Of a stretch of 64,000 nucleotides of DNA, positions 1-9,045 are shown piece by piece (position 1 is the stretch's first letter; each line of letters opens with the position of its first letter). The position numbers and the translations under genes were made by a program. Origin of the DNA: Vulcanimicrobiota bacterium (GTDB lineage Bacteria; Vulcanimicrobiota; Vulcanimicrobiia; Eremiobacterales; Eremiobacteraceae); NCBI GenBank assembly GCA_963805945.1, contig CAWDVP010000002.1, forward strand, positions 256,001-320,000, read 5' to 3'. A model generated the notes under the pieces. The model was not told the origin of the DNA. It searched no databases and saw only the letters and a program-made list of their open reading frames with translations.

Positions 1-1551
1 CGCCGGACGACGGATCGGGCATGCGCACGGCGAGCAGGTCCGCTTCGACCTCTTTACCGGCGGCGATCGGCAGGCGCTGGCGCTGCGCCGGCTCGACGAG
101 CACCTGCTCGCGATGGCGCATCGGTTGGACGTACAGCCGCAGATCGACGGTCAGCGTCTTCGCCAGCTTCTCGAACTCCTCGCGGTACCAGCCCATGAGC
201 TGGGTCGCGACCGACGGCTCGGTGACGATATCCCACGCCTTGACGTTGCTCTGGTCGATGCCGTTCTGGCGGATCTGTCGCAGCAGCGCCGATGGCGAGC
301 GTCTCGCTCGACATCACGTCGCCCAGACCGCTGCAGTACGGGCATTCGGAGCGCAGCTGGCCGGCGAGATCCTTGCCGACGCGCTTGCGCGTGAACTCGA
401 GCAGGCCGAGGTTGGAGAACATCTGGATGGTGCTGCGCGTGCGATCGCGGCGCAGCGATTCGGATGAGCGTCGTGATGACCTGTTCGCGGCTGCGCTCGT
501 GCGACATGTCGATGAAGTCGACGACGATGATGCCGCCGATGTCGCGCAGGCGCACCTGCCGCGCGATCTCCGCCGCCGCTTCGATATTGGTGCGGACGAT
601 CGTGTCTTCGAGATTGCGGCCGCCGGTGAACTTGCCGGTGTTGACGTCGATGACGGTGAGCGCCTCGGTCGATTCGATGACGAGGTGGCCGCCCGAGGGC
701 AGGAAGATCTTGGTCTTGAGCAGCTTCTGCAGCTCTTCGTCGATGCCGCGCACCTCGAAGAGGTTGCCGGGACCCTCGACAGCTTCAGCCGGTCAGGTAT
801 TGCGGCCCGAGCAGCGACATGGTGGAGCGGATCTCTTCGTACTGCTCTTTGGAATCGATGATGACGGCTCGACGTCGCTCGTGAGGAAGTCGCGCACCGC
901 CTTGAAGACCAGGTTGAGGTCTTTGTGCAGCAGCGCCGGCGCGCTCGCGCGCTGATAGATTCAAGGATGTCGTGCCACAGCCGCAGCTGCACGCCGAGGT
1001 CGGCGAGCAGTTCGGCTTCGCTGACGCCCGGGCGGCGGTGCGCACGATCGTCGCCATGCCTTCGGGCCGCAGCTTGCGCATGATGAGCTTGAGGCGGTTG
1101 CGCTCGTTCTCATCGTCGATGCGCGAGGACACGCCCGAGTAGCTGCCGGTGGGCATGAGCACGAGGTAGCGGCCGGGCAGCGAGACGTTGGTGGAGACGC
1201 GCGCGCCCTTGAGGCCGCGCGGCTCCTTGACGATCTGGACGAGGATCTCGTCGCCGACCTTGAGCAGCTCGTCGACGGTGTGGCCGCGGCGCCGCTCGGT
1301 CATCTCGGTCCTCCCCGATGTTGATGCGGGTCGCGACGGATGTCGTCTACGTAGAGGAACGCATTGCGGCCGAGCCCGATGTTGACGAAACAGGCTCCCA
1401 TACCGGGGAGGACGTTCTCGACGCGGGCCTTATAGATCGAGCCGATGACCTTTTCTTCGCGTTCGAAGTAGATCTCAGCAAGCGCGCCTGCTTCGAGGAC
1501 GGCGACGCGGTTCTCCCAATCGTCGCATGAGATGAGGATCTCGGTTTTCAA
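1..1551 (-). CDS. rng: Rne/Rng family ribonuclease (RNase G-like); frameshifted; 3' end runs off the window
   Basis: ORF pieces 1300..1551 (KTEILI..IGSIYKARVENVLPGMGACFVNIG), 785..1303 (KEPRGLKGARVSTNVSLPGRYLV) and 151..753 (TEALTVIDVNTGKF..LRDIGGIIVVDFIDM) are RNase E/G motifs; TTG start at 1551. Confidence 0.93.
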
Positions 1552-1934
1552 GAAATTCTACCTTTAGGGATGCAAAGTGAAAAGAGCGTGCCGACTGGAG
1601 TTCGGCCGCTGCGGATCTCGAGGGGTCTGGAATGCCCGTTACGGCGTTCCGTCGCGACGTACGCGTGAGCGCGGGCGGCGTGCCCGCGATCGACAGTCCT
1701 GAAATAGGTCTCTCCAGCTCTCGGTGATGCGGCCTGTGCCGCGGCTGGGGTGCTGCCTACCGTAAGGCGGCATCGGGCGCGTACGTGCGTCGTATGGTTC
1801 GCTGCGAATCAGATGAATCGAAAATTTCTGCTTTTGCCGGCGGCGTCCACTCGTGGGGACCAGCGACGCCGGGTACGCAACGCTCTACCGATACTCGGTA
1901 CGGGCTTCCAACATATGGCCCAGGTATGTCTATT

Positions 1935-1959
1935 CTTCGACATCGGGTCTGGGCGACCT
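1935..1959 (-). promoter_or_regulatory. Candidate sigmaH-like promoter for rng (AGGT-N17-GAAG)
   Basis: Minus-strand AGGT 1959-1956 and GAAG 1938-1935; the same motif occurs before several other genes. Confidence 0.35.
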
Positions 1960-2021
1960 TTATCCCGTTGGGTAGGACAAAAGATGCCCAGGCCACAATT
2001 AAGGCTAGGCTTGGCGGTGCG

Positions 2022-2098
2022 AGGCCCGGTTCGGGTCTCGTGCGAACCGTCGAGCCAAGTCACGTCGGCTATTTTTTTTGCTGCTGGGAGATAGATTG
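2022..2098 (+). repeat. Conserved upstream element, copy 1 (duplicated with the lipoprotein gene; contains GAAC-N15-CGTC and SD GGGAG)
   Basis: Closely similar to 3050-3124: GGGTCTCG(T/C)GCGAACC..GTCGAGCCA..GTCACGTCG..TTGCTGCTGGGAGATAGATTG. Confidence 0.85.
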
Positions 2099-3049
2099 AT
2101 GCTACAACGGGTTCTTGGGCTCGCGATCATCTGCGTAGCGCTGGCGAGCTGCTCGACATCGTCCACGACCGTGGGGAGTTTCTCGCCGCCGCCGCCGAAG
2201 TTCACGCGGCTCCACGTGACGACGTTTCGCAGCTCCCCTAACTCCATGTTCGAGGTGTTCGCCCCGCCGTTCAGCGCATCGTCGACACCCGTCATAGACA
2301 TTTCAAGCGCAGCGAGCGGCTTCGATTCCCCGGCCGGCCTGGCGATCGATACGCTTGGCAAGATATACACTGTCAACGAGGGTGCTACGAACACGGTGAC
2401 CATTCACGCGCAACCGTTCACCGCAACGAGCACGCCGCTGGTCAAGTTCACCCTGCCCGGATCCGCAAACAATCCGTACACTCTATCGCTCGATAACAGC
2501 GGCGACATCTGGGTAGGAGACCGCAACGGCGCTGCGAGTCACCTCTACGAATACGTGGCACCGTTCACGAATTCGTCAACTCCGGCGCTCACCCTGACGA
2601 GTGCGAACGGGCTGACGGACGCGACCGGCACCGCGTTCGACGCCTCGGGCCACATGGCCGTTGGCCAAGAGGTCTCGTCAAACGTGTTGATCTACAACTT
2701 GCCGCTCATCGTGTCGAGCATGCCTGCGGCTACGATTCCCCTCGCGGCGAATGGTCAAGGCGTTGCCTTCGACAGCGCCGGCAATCTGTACGCGGTGCTT
2801 GAATCGGGCGCGGGAGGAGTTGAAGTGTTCCGCCCGCCGTTCACCAACGGCGAATTACCCGCGTTCTCCTTCGGCAGCGCTATAGGAGCGTTCCCCACAT
2901 TCGATGCGAGCGGCAACCTCTGGGTTCCCGATTTCGGGCAACACGTGAACGAATATTCTCCGCCCTTCTCCGCGTCGTCGACCGTGGTGCTGAGCCTGCC
3001 CCTGGCGAGCGGCGCCGCAGAGGCGACCGGGGTCGCGTTCGGCCCCTAG
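2099..3049 (+). CDS. Secreted NHL/beta-propeller repeat lipoprotein, paralog A
   Basis: SD GGGAG then ATG at 2099; lipobox LASC; repeated units GxAFDxxGnlwV...(E/V)(Y/F)xPPFTxxSxP. Confidence 0.8.
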   Translation: MLQRVLGLAIICVALASCSTSSTTVGSFSPPPPKFTRLHVTTFRSSPNSMFEVFAPPFSASSTPVIDISSAASGFDSPAGLAIDTLGKIYTVNEGATNTVTIHAQPFTATSTPLVKFTLPGSANNPYTLSLDNSGDIWVGDRNGAASHLYEYVAPFTNSSTPALTLTSANGLTDATGTAFDASGHMAVGQEVSSNVLIYNLPLIVSSMPAATIPLAANGQGVAFDSAGNLYAVLESGAGGVEVFRPPFTNGELPAFSFGSAIGAFPTFDASGNLWVPDFGQHVNEYSPPFSASSTVVLSLPLASGAAEATGVAFGP

Positions 3050-3124
3050 AGGGCCCAGTCGGGGTCTCGCGCGAACCCGTCGAGCCAGTCACGTCGTCAT
3101 TTCTTGCTGCTGGGAGATAGATTG
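3050..3124 (+). repeat. Conserved upstream element, copy 2
   Basis: Direct repeat of 2022-2098. Confidence 0.85.
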
Positions 3125-4078
3125 ATGCTACAACGGGGTTTTCTGCTCGCCTTCGTCTGCGTCGCGCTGGCGAGCTGTTCGACATCGTCCACGACCGTGG
3201 GGAGTTTCTCGCCTCCGCCACCCGCATTCCCGCGGCTGTACGCGACGACGTTCGATTCGCCGCCGAATTCGCTGCTTGAGGTGTACGCACCGCCGTTCAC
3301 CGCTGCGCCGACGCCTGTCATCGACATCAAGAGCGTCTTGAGCAAACTGAGCACGCCCGGCGGCATCGCGATCGACAAGCACGGCACGGTCTATGTCATC
3401 AACGACACGTGCTGCTACGTCACGATCTACTCGCAGCCGCTGACCGTCCTGAGCACTCCCACCACGCAGTTCAATCTGCCGGTAGGCGCCAGTAACGCGT
3501 ACAGTCTCGCGCTGGATGCGGCAGGCGACATCTGGACCGCGGGTCGGGGCAACAACGCGATCTACGAATACACGCCGCCGTTCACCAACACATCGACGCC
3601 GGCGTTGACGCTCACCGCCGCCAACGGCCTCACGAATGCGATCGGCATCGCCTTCGACGCCGCGGGGCACATGGCGGTGGCCAATGAGACGAGCAGCCAG
3701 CTGCTCATCTACAACCCGCCCTTCACGGGCGCGAGCATGCCCGCCGCGACGATCACCCTTCCAAACCAAGGTCAAGGCGTTGCGTTCGACGCCAGCGGCA
3801 ATCTATACGTGACCTTCTTCGTCGACCCGTCCGGCGTGACGGTCTACAAACCGCCCTTCACCAACGGCCAATTGCCGGCGTTCACCTTCGCACCGACGGC
3901 GCTCCACGACTCCGGCTTCCCCACCTTCGACGGGCTGGGCGATCTGTGGGTGCCGAACTCCGGAAACCACACGGTGACCGAGTTCTCGCCGCCGTTCTCC
4001 GCTGCAACCGTACCGGCTCTGGTATTGACGCTTTCGTCGTCGTCGGCAGCGCCCTACGGCGTCGCGTTCGGGCCGTAA
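3125..4078 (+). CDS. Secreted NHL/beta-propeller repeat lipoprotein, paralog B
   Basis: Same N-terminus (VALASCSTSSTTVGSFSPPPP) and C-terminus (GVAFGP) as paralog A; same repeat units. Confidence 0.8.
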   Translation: MLQRGFLLAFVCVALASCSTSSTTVGSFSPPPPAFPRLYATTFDSPPNSLLEVYAPPFTAAPTPVIDIKSVLSKLSTPGGIAIDKHGTVYVINDTCCYVTIYSQPLTVLSTPTTQFNLPVGASNAYSLALDAAGDIWTAGRGNNAIYEYTPPFTNTSTPALTLTAANGLTNAIGIAFDAAGHMAVANETSSQLLIYNPPFTGASMPAATITLPNQGQGVAFDASGNLYVTFFVDPSGVTVYKPPFTNGQLPAFTFAPTALHDSGFPTFDGLGDLWVPNSGNHTVTEFSPPFSAATVPALVLTLSSSSAAPYGVAFGP

Positions 4079-4152
4079 GTCTCGACTCAGCGTAATCACG
4101 ACACAGCGGCGCGACCGGTGACGGTGGCGCCGCTTCCTCTTGCGCCAGCCCG

Positions 4153-5262
4153 TCAGTCGAACGACATCTTATCTCGTTGCAGGTGGATGTTGAGCAGCAC
4201 CCCCACCGCCATGAACGACGTGATGAGGCTCGAGCCGCCGTAGGAGATGAAGGGCAGCGGGATGCCGGTCACCGGCATGATGCCGACCGTCATGCCGACG
4301 TTGATGAGGATGTGGAAGGCGAACATCGCGATGATGCCGACCGCGACGAGCACGCCGTACTTGTCGCGTGCCGCGGTCACGGCGAGCGCCCCGGCCCCGA
4401 GCAGCACCGCGTAAAGCCCGAGCAGCAGCATCGCCCCCAGGAATCCCAGCTCTTCGCCGATGACCGCGAAGATGAAATCCGTCGCGTGCTCCGGCACGAA
4501 GCCGAGCTGCGTCTGCGTGCCGTGATAGAGCCCTTTGCCCGCCAGCTGGCCCGAGCCGACCGCGATCTTCGATTGGATCAGGCTCCAGCCGGCGCCTTGC
4601 GGATCGTGCTTCGGGTCGAGGAACACCAGCAGGCGCTGGCGCTGATAGCCCTTGAGGAAGTAAGGCGTGATGACGGCGATCGTGCCGGCGACGACGACCG
4701 TCGCCGCATACGCCGCGAAATGCACGAGGCTCGGCAATGCGAAGAACAGCATGGCGCTGAGGATCGCCATGAGCACGAGCGCCGTGCCGAGGTCCGGCTG
4801 CTTCATCACGAGCGCGGCCGGCAGCGCGACGGCGGCGATGGGCAGCCAGAGATCGCGCAACCGGCTCCAGCTGCGCCGCGGATCGGCGAGCAGCGCCCCC
4901 AGCGAGAGGATGGTGAGCAGCTTGGCCAGCTCGGACGGCTGGAAGACGATCGGCCCGAAGCCGATCCAGCGCTGCGCGCCCAGCGCCTGATGGCCCGCCA
5001 CCGCGACCGCCGCCAGCATGAGTATGTTGATGATATAGATGGGCCACGCGAAGCGCGCGTAGAGGTGGTAGTCCACGAACGCGAGCACGAACATCGCGGC
5101 GATGCCCACGATGAGATAGGCGAGCTGGTGGGTGAAGTCCGCGCGGCCGCCGGGCAGGTGGAGCGTCGCGCTCTTTATGATGACGAGCCCGAAGACGCCC
5201 AGCGCGATCGCGGCGGCCGCGAGCGGATAGTTGAACGACTGATACCACGGGCGTTCGAGCAT
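4153..5262 (-). CDS. rodA: Rod shape-determining SEDS protein RodA
   Basis: GAQRWI..FQPSELAK, QPDLGT, PEHATDFIF, GIPLPFISYGGSS motifs; ATG at 5262; minCDE-rodA-rng synteny. Confidence 0.92.
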   Translation of the reverse strand: MLERPWYQSFNYPLAAAAIALGVFGLVIIKSATLHLPGGRADFTHQLAYLIVGIAAMFVLAFVDYHLYARFAWPIYIINILMLAAVAVAGHQALGAQRWIGFGPIVFQPSELAKLLTILSLGALLADPRRSWSRLRDLWLPIAAVALPAALVMKQPDLGTALVLMAILSAMLFFALPSLVHFAAYAATVVVAGTIAVITPYFLKGYQRQRLLVFLDPKHDPQGAGWSLIQSKIAVGSGQLAGKGLYHGTQTQLGFVPEHATDFIFAVIGEELGFLGAMLLLGLYAVLLGAGALAVTAARDKYGVLVAVGIIAMFAFHILINVGMTVGIMPVTGIPLPFISYGGSSLITSFMAVGVLLNIHLQRDKMSFD

Positions 5263-5274
5263 GTCGCATCGATG

Positions 5275-5299
5275 CTTCGCCCGCGTGCGTGGGGGACCT
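5275..5299 (-). promoter_or_regulatory. Candidate sigmaH-like promoter for rodA (AGGT-N17-GAAG, 12 nt before ATG)
   Basis: Minus-strand AAGGTCCCCCACGCACGCGGGCGAAG; no SD before the ATG. Confidence 0.45.
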
Positions 5300-5403
5300 T
5301 GGGCGGCGAAGCAATCGCCCCTTGCGACGCGAAGGTCCGTGGCAGTTCGCCGGACGCCCGTCTGGACTCCGGTCAATGCGCTGCGTCTTCAATGGAGGTT
5401 CCC

Positions 5404-6009
5404 ATGTCGCTCGAGCTGCTCAACACGGCGGGTACGCTGCTCACCGTCGCTATCGTCTCCGCGACAGCCATCGCGGCGCTGGTCCAGCTGCGCCACCTGC
5501 GTGCCGGCAACCAGATCACCGCGATGATCAGCATCGGCGAGAACCTCGGCGGGACGGCGTTCAGGGATGCGCTCAGCCTCGTGGGCCTGCGCCTCGCGAC
5601 CGCTCTTGAGGACCCCGGGTTCAGGGAGTACAGCGCGGCGCTCACGCGCGGACTCACGCCGAGCGAGATCTACCCTGAGTATGCGGAGGTGCGCAGCGCC
5701 GCGCTGCTGGTCGGCAACGCGTATGAAGAGCTGGGCATCCTCGTCAAGAACGGCATCGTCGACAAGACGATGTTCCTCGACCGCTACACCTTCGTCATCA
5801 TCCGGACGTGGGGCCAGCTCGAGTCCTTCAACGCGTTCAACCGCGCGGTGGCGGGCGACGCATCGCTGTGGGAGAACTTCGAGCTGTTGACGGTCTACTC
5901 GCAGGACTGGGACCGTGAACACCCGAGCGATTATCCCAAGGGCGTGCGACGGCTGCAGCTCACCAGCCCTTGGCCCGTGCCGCCGGTTCCCCAGCCGGCG
6001 CAGGCGTGA
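5404..6009 (+). CDS. Single N-terminal TM protein, DUF4760-like; paralog of 18652..19230
   Basis: SD GGAGG, ATG 5404; MSLELLNT..ATAIAALVQLRHLR..WENFELL..YPKG shared with the paralog; the family name is recalled, not verified. Confidence 0.7.
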   Translation: MSLELLNTAGTLLTVAIVSATAIAALVQLRHLRAGNQITAMISIGENLGGTAFRDALSLVGLRLATALEDPGFREYSAALTRGLTPSEIYPEYAEVRSAALLVGNAYEELGILVKNGIVDKTMFLDRYTFVIIRTWGQLESFNAFNRAVAGDASLWENFELLTVYSQDWDREHPSDYPKGVRRLQLTSPWPVPPVPQPAQA

Positions 6010-6018
6010 TACAGAAAA

Positions 6019-6044
6019 GGGCCGACCTAAAGGTCGGCCCCTAC
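6019..6044 (-). repeat. REP-like palindrome class A (GTAG-GGGCCGACC-TTTA-GGTCGGCCC)
   Basis: Perfect 9-bp inverted repeat with a GTAG foot; near-identical copies at 8265 and 21049. Confidence 0.85.
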
Positions 6045-6053
6045 ATTAGCCTT

Positions 6054-6068
6054 GGCTCGAGCCCCTAC
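6054..6068 (-). repeat. Truncated REP-like element (GTAG-GGGCTCGAGCC)
   Basis: GTAG foot plus a short palindrome next to the class A copy. Confidence 0.5.
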
Positions 6069-6069
6069 A

Positions 6070-6471
6070 TCAGATCTGCGGCGTGTCCGGCGACGGCGGC
6101 GGCAGATTGCGTTTGCGGCGGCGACGGCGGCGCCGCGATTGCGATTCCGGGGCAGGCGCGTCGAGCAGCAACGACCCATTGCCCGCAGTGCCATGCGCCA
6201 GCGCCGCCGGCACGACCGGCTTGATCTTCACGACGGGGATATTGGCGAGCAACATGAACTGCCGCTCGGCGTTCTCGAAATGGACGTCCAGCCCGCGCTC
6301 GTCGATGTCCAGGTAGCGACGCACGACGCTGAGCATCTCGGTCTTCATCGAGTCGAACACGTCCGGCGCGAGCGACACGCGATCGGACATGAGCACGAGC
6401 CGCAGACGTTCTTTCGCCTGCGTCTTGCTCGACTCTTCACGGCCGAAGAACTTGGTCAAGAAATCCAACAT
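6070..6471 (-). CDS. minE: Cell division topological specificity factor MinE with an Arg-rich C-terminal extension
   Basis: MLDFLTKFFG..SKTQAKERLRLVLMSDR..LLANIPV; SD GAGGAG. Confidence 0.92.
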   Translation of the reverse strand: MLDFLTKFFGREESSKTQAKERLRLVLMSDRVSLAPDVFDSMKTEMLSVVRRYLDIDERGLDVHFENAERQFMLLANIPVVKIKPVVPAALAHGTAGNGSLLLDAPAPESQSRRRRRRRKRNLPPPSPDTPQI

Positions 6472-6490
6472 GCTCTTCTCTCCTCGCGCC

Positions 6491-7471
6491 CTACGGCTTG
6501 CCTAAGCCGAGCGACGTCTTCAGGCGCGACATGAAGTCCACCGGTGCCTGGAACGATGGGATGGGAACGCTCTCGCCCAACAGTCGCCGGACGATGCGGC
6601 GGAACGCGCCGCCGGTCTCGGAGCCGTCGATGTCGATGACCGGGGTGCCGCGGTTCGTGGCGATGATGATATCCTTCTCGTCGGGCACCACGCCGATGAG
6701 CTCGAGCCGCAGGATCTCCACGACGTCGTCGACGCTCATCATCGTGCCCTTGCGCACGAGCGCCGGCCGCACGCGGTTGACGATGAGCTTCGCCTCGACC
6801 TCGGGCGGCAGCAAGCCGATGATGCGATCCGCGTCGCGCACCGCGGAGACCTCCGGCGTCGTGACGACGATGGCTTCCTTCGCCCCGGCGACCGCGTTGC
6901 GAAAGCCCTTCTCGATGCCGGCCGGACAGTCGATGAGCACGTAGTCGAAGCGCGCGGCGAGCGTGGTGACGAGCTCGATCATCTTATCGGTCGGCACGTC
7001 GTCCTTCTCGCGGTTCTGCGCGGCGGGCAGCAGGTACAGCGTCCGCCGCACGCGATCGCGCACGAGCGCATCGTCAAGCGCGCACTTCTCCTCGATGACG
7101 TCGAGCAGGTGCTTGTGCACGCGGTTCTCGAGGCCGAGCACGACGTCGAGGTTGCGCAGGCCGACGTCGGCGTCCACCACGACGACGTTCTTGCCCGCTT
7201 CGGCCAAGCCGGTGCCGAGATTGGCGGTCGTGGTCGTCTTGCCGACGCCGCCCTTGCCCGAGGTGATCACGATGGTGCGGCCGAGGGTGACCGGTTTACC
7301 CGAGCTGCGCTCGGGCACTACGGACGGGCGTTCGGGCGCGACCGACGTCGGTTCGGGCGGCGTCGTGGCGGCCGCGGCGAGCGCGTCTTCAACGTAAGCG
7401 CTGCGGGGCTCTGGATTCCAGCTACGCTGGCATATATCGGTTCCGGCGTATCCATGCTCCTCACGATCCAA
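6491..7471 (-). CDS. minD: Septum site-determining ATPase MinD, second copy, with N-terminal extension (true start possibly ATG 7455 with an indel)
   Basis: [45 protein letters not shown]; amphipathic C-terminus FMSRLKTSLGL; SD GAGGAG precedes ATG 7455 in another frame. Confidence 0.9.
   Translation of the reverse strand: MDREEHGYAGTDICQRSWNPEPRSAYVEDALAAAATTPPEPTSVAPERPSVVPERSSGKPVTLGRTIVITSGKGGVGKTTTTANLGTGLAEAGKNVVVVDADVGLRNLDVVLGLENRVHKHLLDVIEEKCALDDALVRDRVRRTLYLLPAAQNREKDDVPTDKMIELVTTLAARFDYVLIDCPAGIEKGFRNAVAGAKEAIVVTTPEVSAVRDADRIIGLLPPEVEAKLIVNRVRPALVRKGTMMSVDDVVEILRLELIGVVPDEKDIIIATNRGTPVIDIDGSETGGAFRRIVRRLLGESVPIPSFQAPVDFMSRLKTSLGLGKP
7298..7321 (-). repeat. REP-like palindrome class B inside the minD2 N-terminal extension
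   Basis: GTAG-TGCCCGAGC-GCA-GCTCGGGT, read in frame as VVPERSSG. Confidence 0.7.
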
Positions 7472-8246
7472 TCACGAGCCGCTTCAGCCTGCCGAACAAC
7501 CCGTCGTCGGAGAGATTGGTGAACGGCACGTCCTCGCCCAGCAGGCGCCGGGCGATCGCGGTGTAGATCTTGCCGAGTTTGCGCGTGCCGTCCAGCACGA
7601 CCGGCTCGCCGCGGTTGGTGGTGTCGATGATCTCCTCGTCGTCCGGCACGATGCCGACGATGTCGCGCCCGAGGATCTCCTGGACGTCGTCCACGCTGAG
7701 CATGTCACCGCTGCGCACCATGTCCGGACGCACGCGGTTGACGATGAGTCGCGCGCGACGGCTGCCGAGCATGCCGAGGATGCGGTCGGCGTCGCGGATG
7801 GCCGAGACCTCCGGCGTGGTGACGACGAGCGCTTGGTCCGCGCCCGCCACCGCGTTGCGAAAACCATGCTCGATGCCGGCAGGGCAATCGATGAGCACGA
7901 TGTCGAATTCGACCGCGAGCTTGCGCATCGCAGCCCGCATCTCGTCCTCGGTGACGGACTCCTTGTCCTTGACCTGCGATGCCGGCAAGAGATAGAGCTC
8001 GTCGAAGCGGCGATCCTTGATGAGCGCCTGGCGCGCCTGGCAGCGGCCCTCGATCAGGTCGACGACGTCGTAGACGATGCGCTTCTCGAGCCCGAGCACG
8101 AGATCGAGATTGCGCAAGCCGATATCGGCGTCGACCAGCGCGACCTTGTGGCCGAGCTTGGCGAGCGCGCCCCCGAGGTTCGCGGTGGTCGTCGTCTTGC
8201 CGACGCCGCCCTTGCCCGATGTCACGACGTAGACCGTTCCTGGCAA
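7461..8246 (-). CDS. minD: Septum site-determining ATPase MinD, first copy
   Basis: TTG 8246 with SD AAAGGA 7 nt upstream (ATG 8264 is an alternative); [21 protein letters not shown]; membrane-targeting GLFGRLKRLV. Confidence 0.93.
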   Translation of the reverse strand: MPGTVYVVTSGKGGVGKTTTTANLGGALAKLGHKVALVDADIGLRNLDLVLGLEKRIVYDVVDLIEGRCQARQALIKDRRFDELYLLPASQVKDKESVTEDEMRAAMRKLAVEFDIVLIDCPAGIEHGFRNAVAGADQALVVTTPEVSAIRDADRILGMLGSRRARLIVNRVRPDMVRSGDMLSVDDVQEILGRDIVGIVPDDEEIIDTTNRGEPVVLDGTRKLGKIYTAIARRLLGEDVPFTNLSDDGLFGRLKRLVIGS

Positions 8247-8264
8247 TCGCGTGTCCTTTCGCAT

Positions 8265-8290
8265 GGGCCGACCTGAAGGTCGGCCCCTAC
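8265..8290 (-). repeat. REP-like palindrome class A
   Basis: GTAG-GGGCCGACC-TTCA-GGTCGGCCC between minC and minD. Confidence 0.88.
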
Positions 8291-8304
8291 ATTCATGTTG
8301 CGGA

Positions 8305-9045
8305 CTAGGTCGCGGGTTCGGTGATGATCCTGCCGTCGCGCAGACTCGCCACTTCCGGCCCCGCCGGTTTCTTGCGCCGCTGCTCCGGCGCCACCGCCAG
8401 CTTGGTCGAGATGCGCAGTTGCATCGCTTCGAGGCGCAGCGCAAAGACCTTTGCTGATTCGTCGCCTTCCGCGCCGGCATGCGCCACGCCGCGCAACGCG
8501 CCCCAGACCAGGATGTCGCCGGTCGCGACCAGCTCGCCGCCGGCGTTGACGTCACCGACGACGACGATCGTGCCGCGTGAAGTGAGGCTTTGGCCCGAGC
8601 GCACCGTTCCTTTATGATAGAGGGTCTCACCCAAGCCTCGCTCGGGCACCACAGCGCTTGAGTCGTGCCCGTTGCGGCTACGCGTCTTCGCATGGCGGTC
8701 GCGGGCGGGGCCTGTCCGGTCGTCGCGACTGCGCGGCGAGGCGGCGATGCTGGCCCCGACCAGCCGCAGCCCCGCGGATTTGGCCAGCGCCGCGACCTCG
8801 TCGGCGTCGCACACCGCGCCATCCGCGACGATGCCGAACTGCTCCAGGGTGGCGATCACCGCGGCCAGTTCCGTCGCCTCGGCCGGTGCCGCGCCGAGCA
8901 TGAGCACGGCCCGGCTTCCTTGATAGAAGCCCGGCTGGGCGGTCAGACGCTCGCGCAGCTCCGTCACGGCGGCCGAAAGCGGTCGCTCGTGGAGGTGCAA
9001 GAGCAGCCCCGATTTCGTCCCCTTGATCTGCACTTCGCGAGTCAA
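8305..9045 (-). CDS. minC: Septum site-determining protein MinC
   Basis: VQIKGTKSGL N-terminus; beta-helix GTVRSGQ..VVGDVNAGGELVATGDILVWGALRGVAHAG. Confidence 0.93.
   Translation of the reverse strand: MTREVQIKGTKSGLLLHLHERPLSAAVTELRERLTAQPGFYQGSRAVLMLGAAPAEATELAAVIATLEQFGIVADGAVCDADEVAALAKSAGLRLVGASIAASPRSRDDRTGPARDRHAKTRSRNGHDSSAVVPERGLGETLYHKGTVRSGQSLTSRGTIVVVGDVNAGGELVATGDILVWGALRGVAHAGAEGDESAKVFALRLEAMQLRISTKLAVAPEQRRKKPAGPEVASLRDGRIITEPAT
8629..8652 (-). repeat. REP-like palindrome class B inside the minC linker
   Basis: GTGG-TGCCCGAGC-GAG-GCTTGGGT, read in frame as VVPERGLG. Confidence 0.65.

Noticed and set aside
1750..2099. Short overlapping ORFs in the rng-lipoprotein gap
   Set aside because: No SD, no coding-like composition and no motifs; the region looks regulatory.
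4177..5403. N-terminal 400 aa of the 610-aa plus-strand ORF
   Set aside because: Antisense shadow of rodA; the real gene starts at 5404 after GGAGG.
6019..6068. Possible mini-CRISPR (two units ending GCCCCTACAT)
   Set aside because: Only two unequal units, no spacers and no cas genes; fits REP elements.
7461..8822. 453-aa ORF suggesting an N-terminally extended MinD1
   Set aside because: The extension is an off-frame read of minC and the REP; an SD-supported start lies at 8246.
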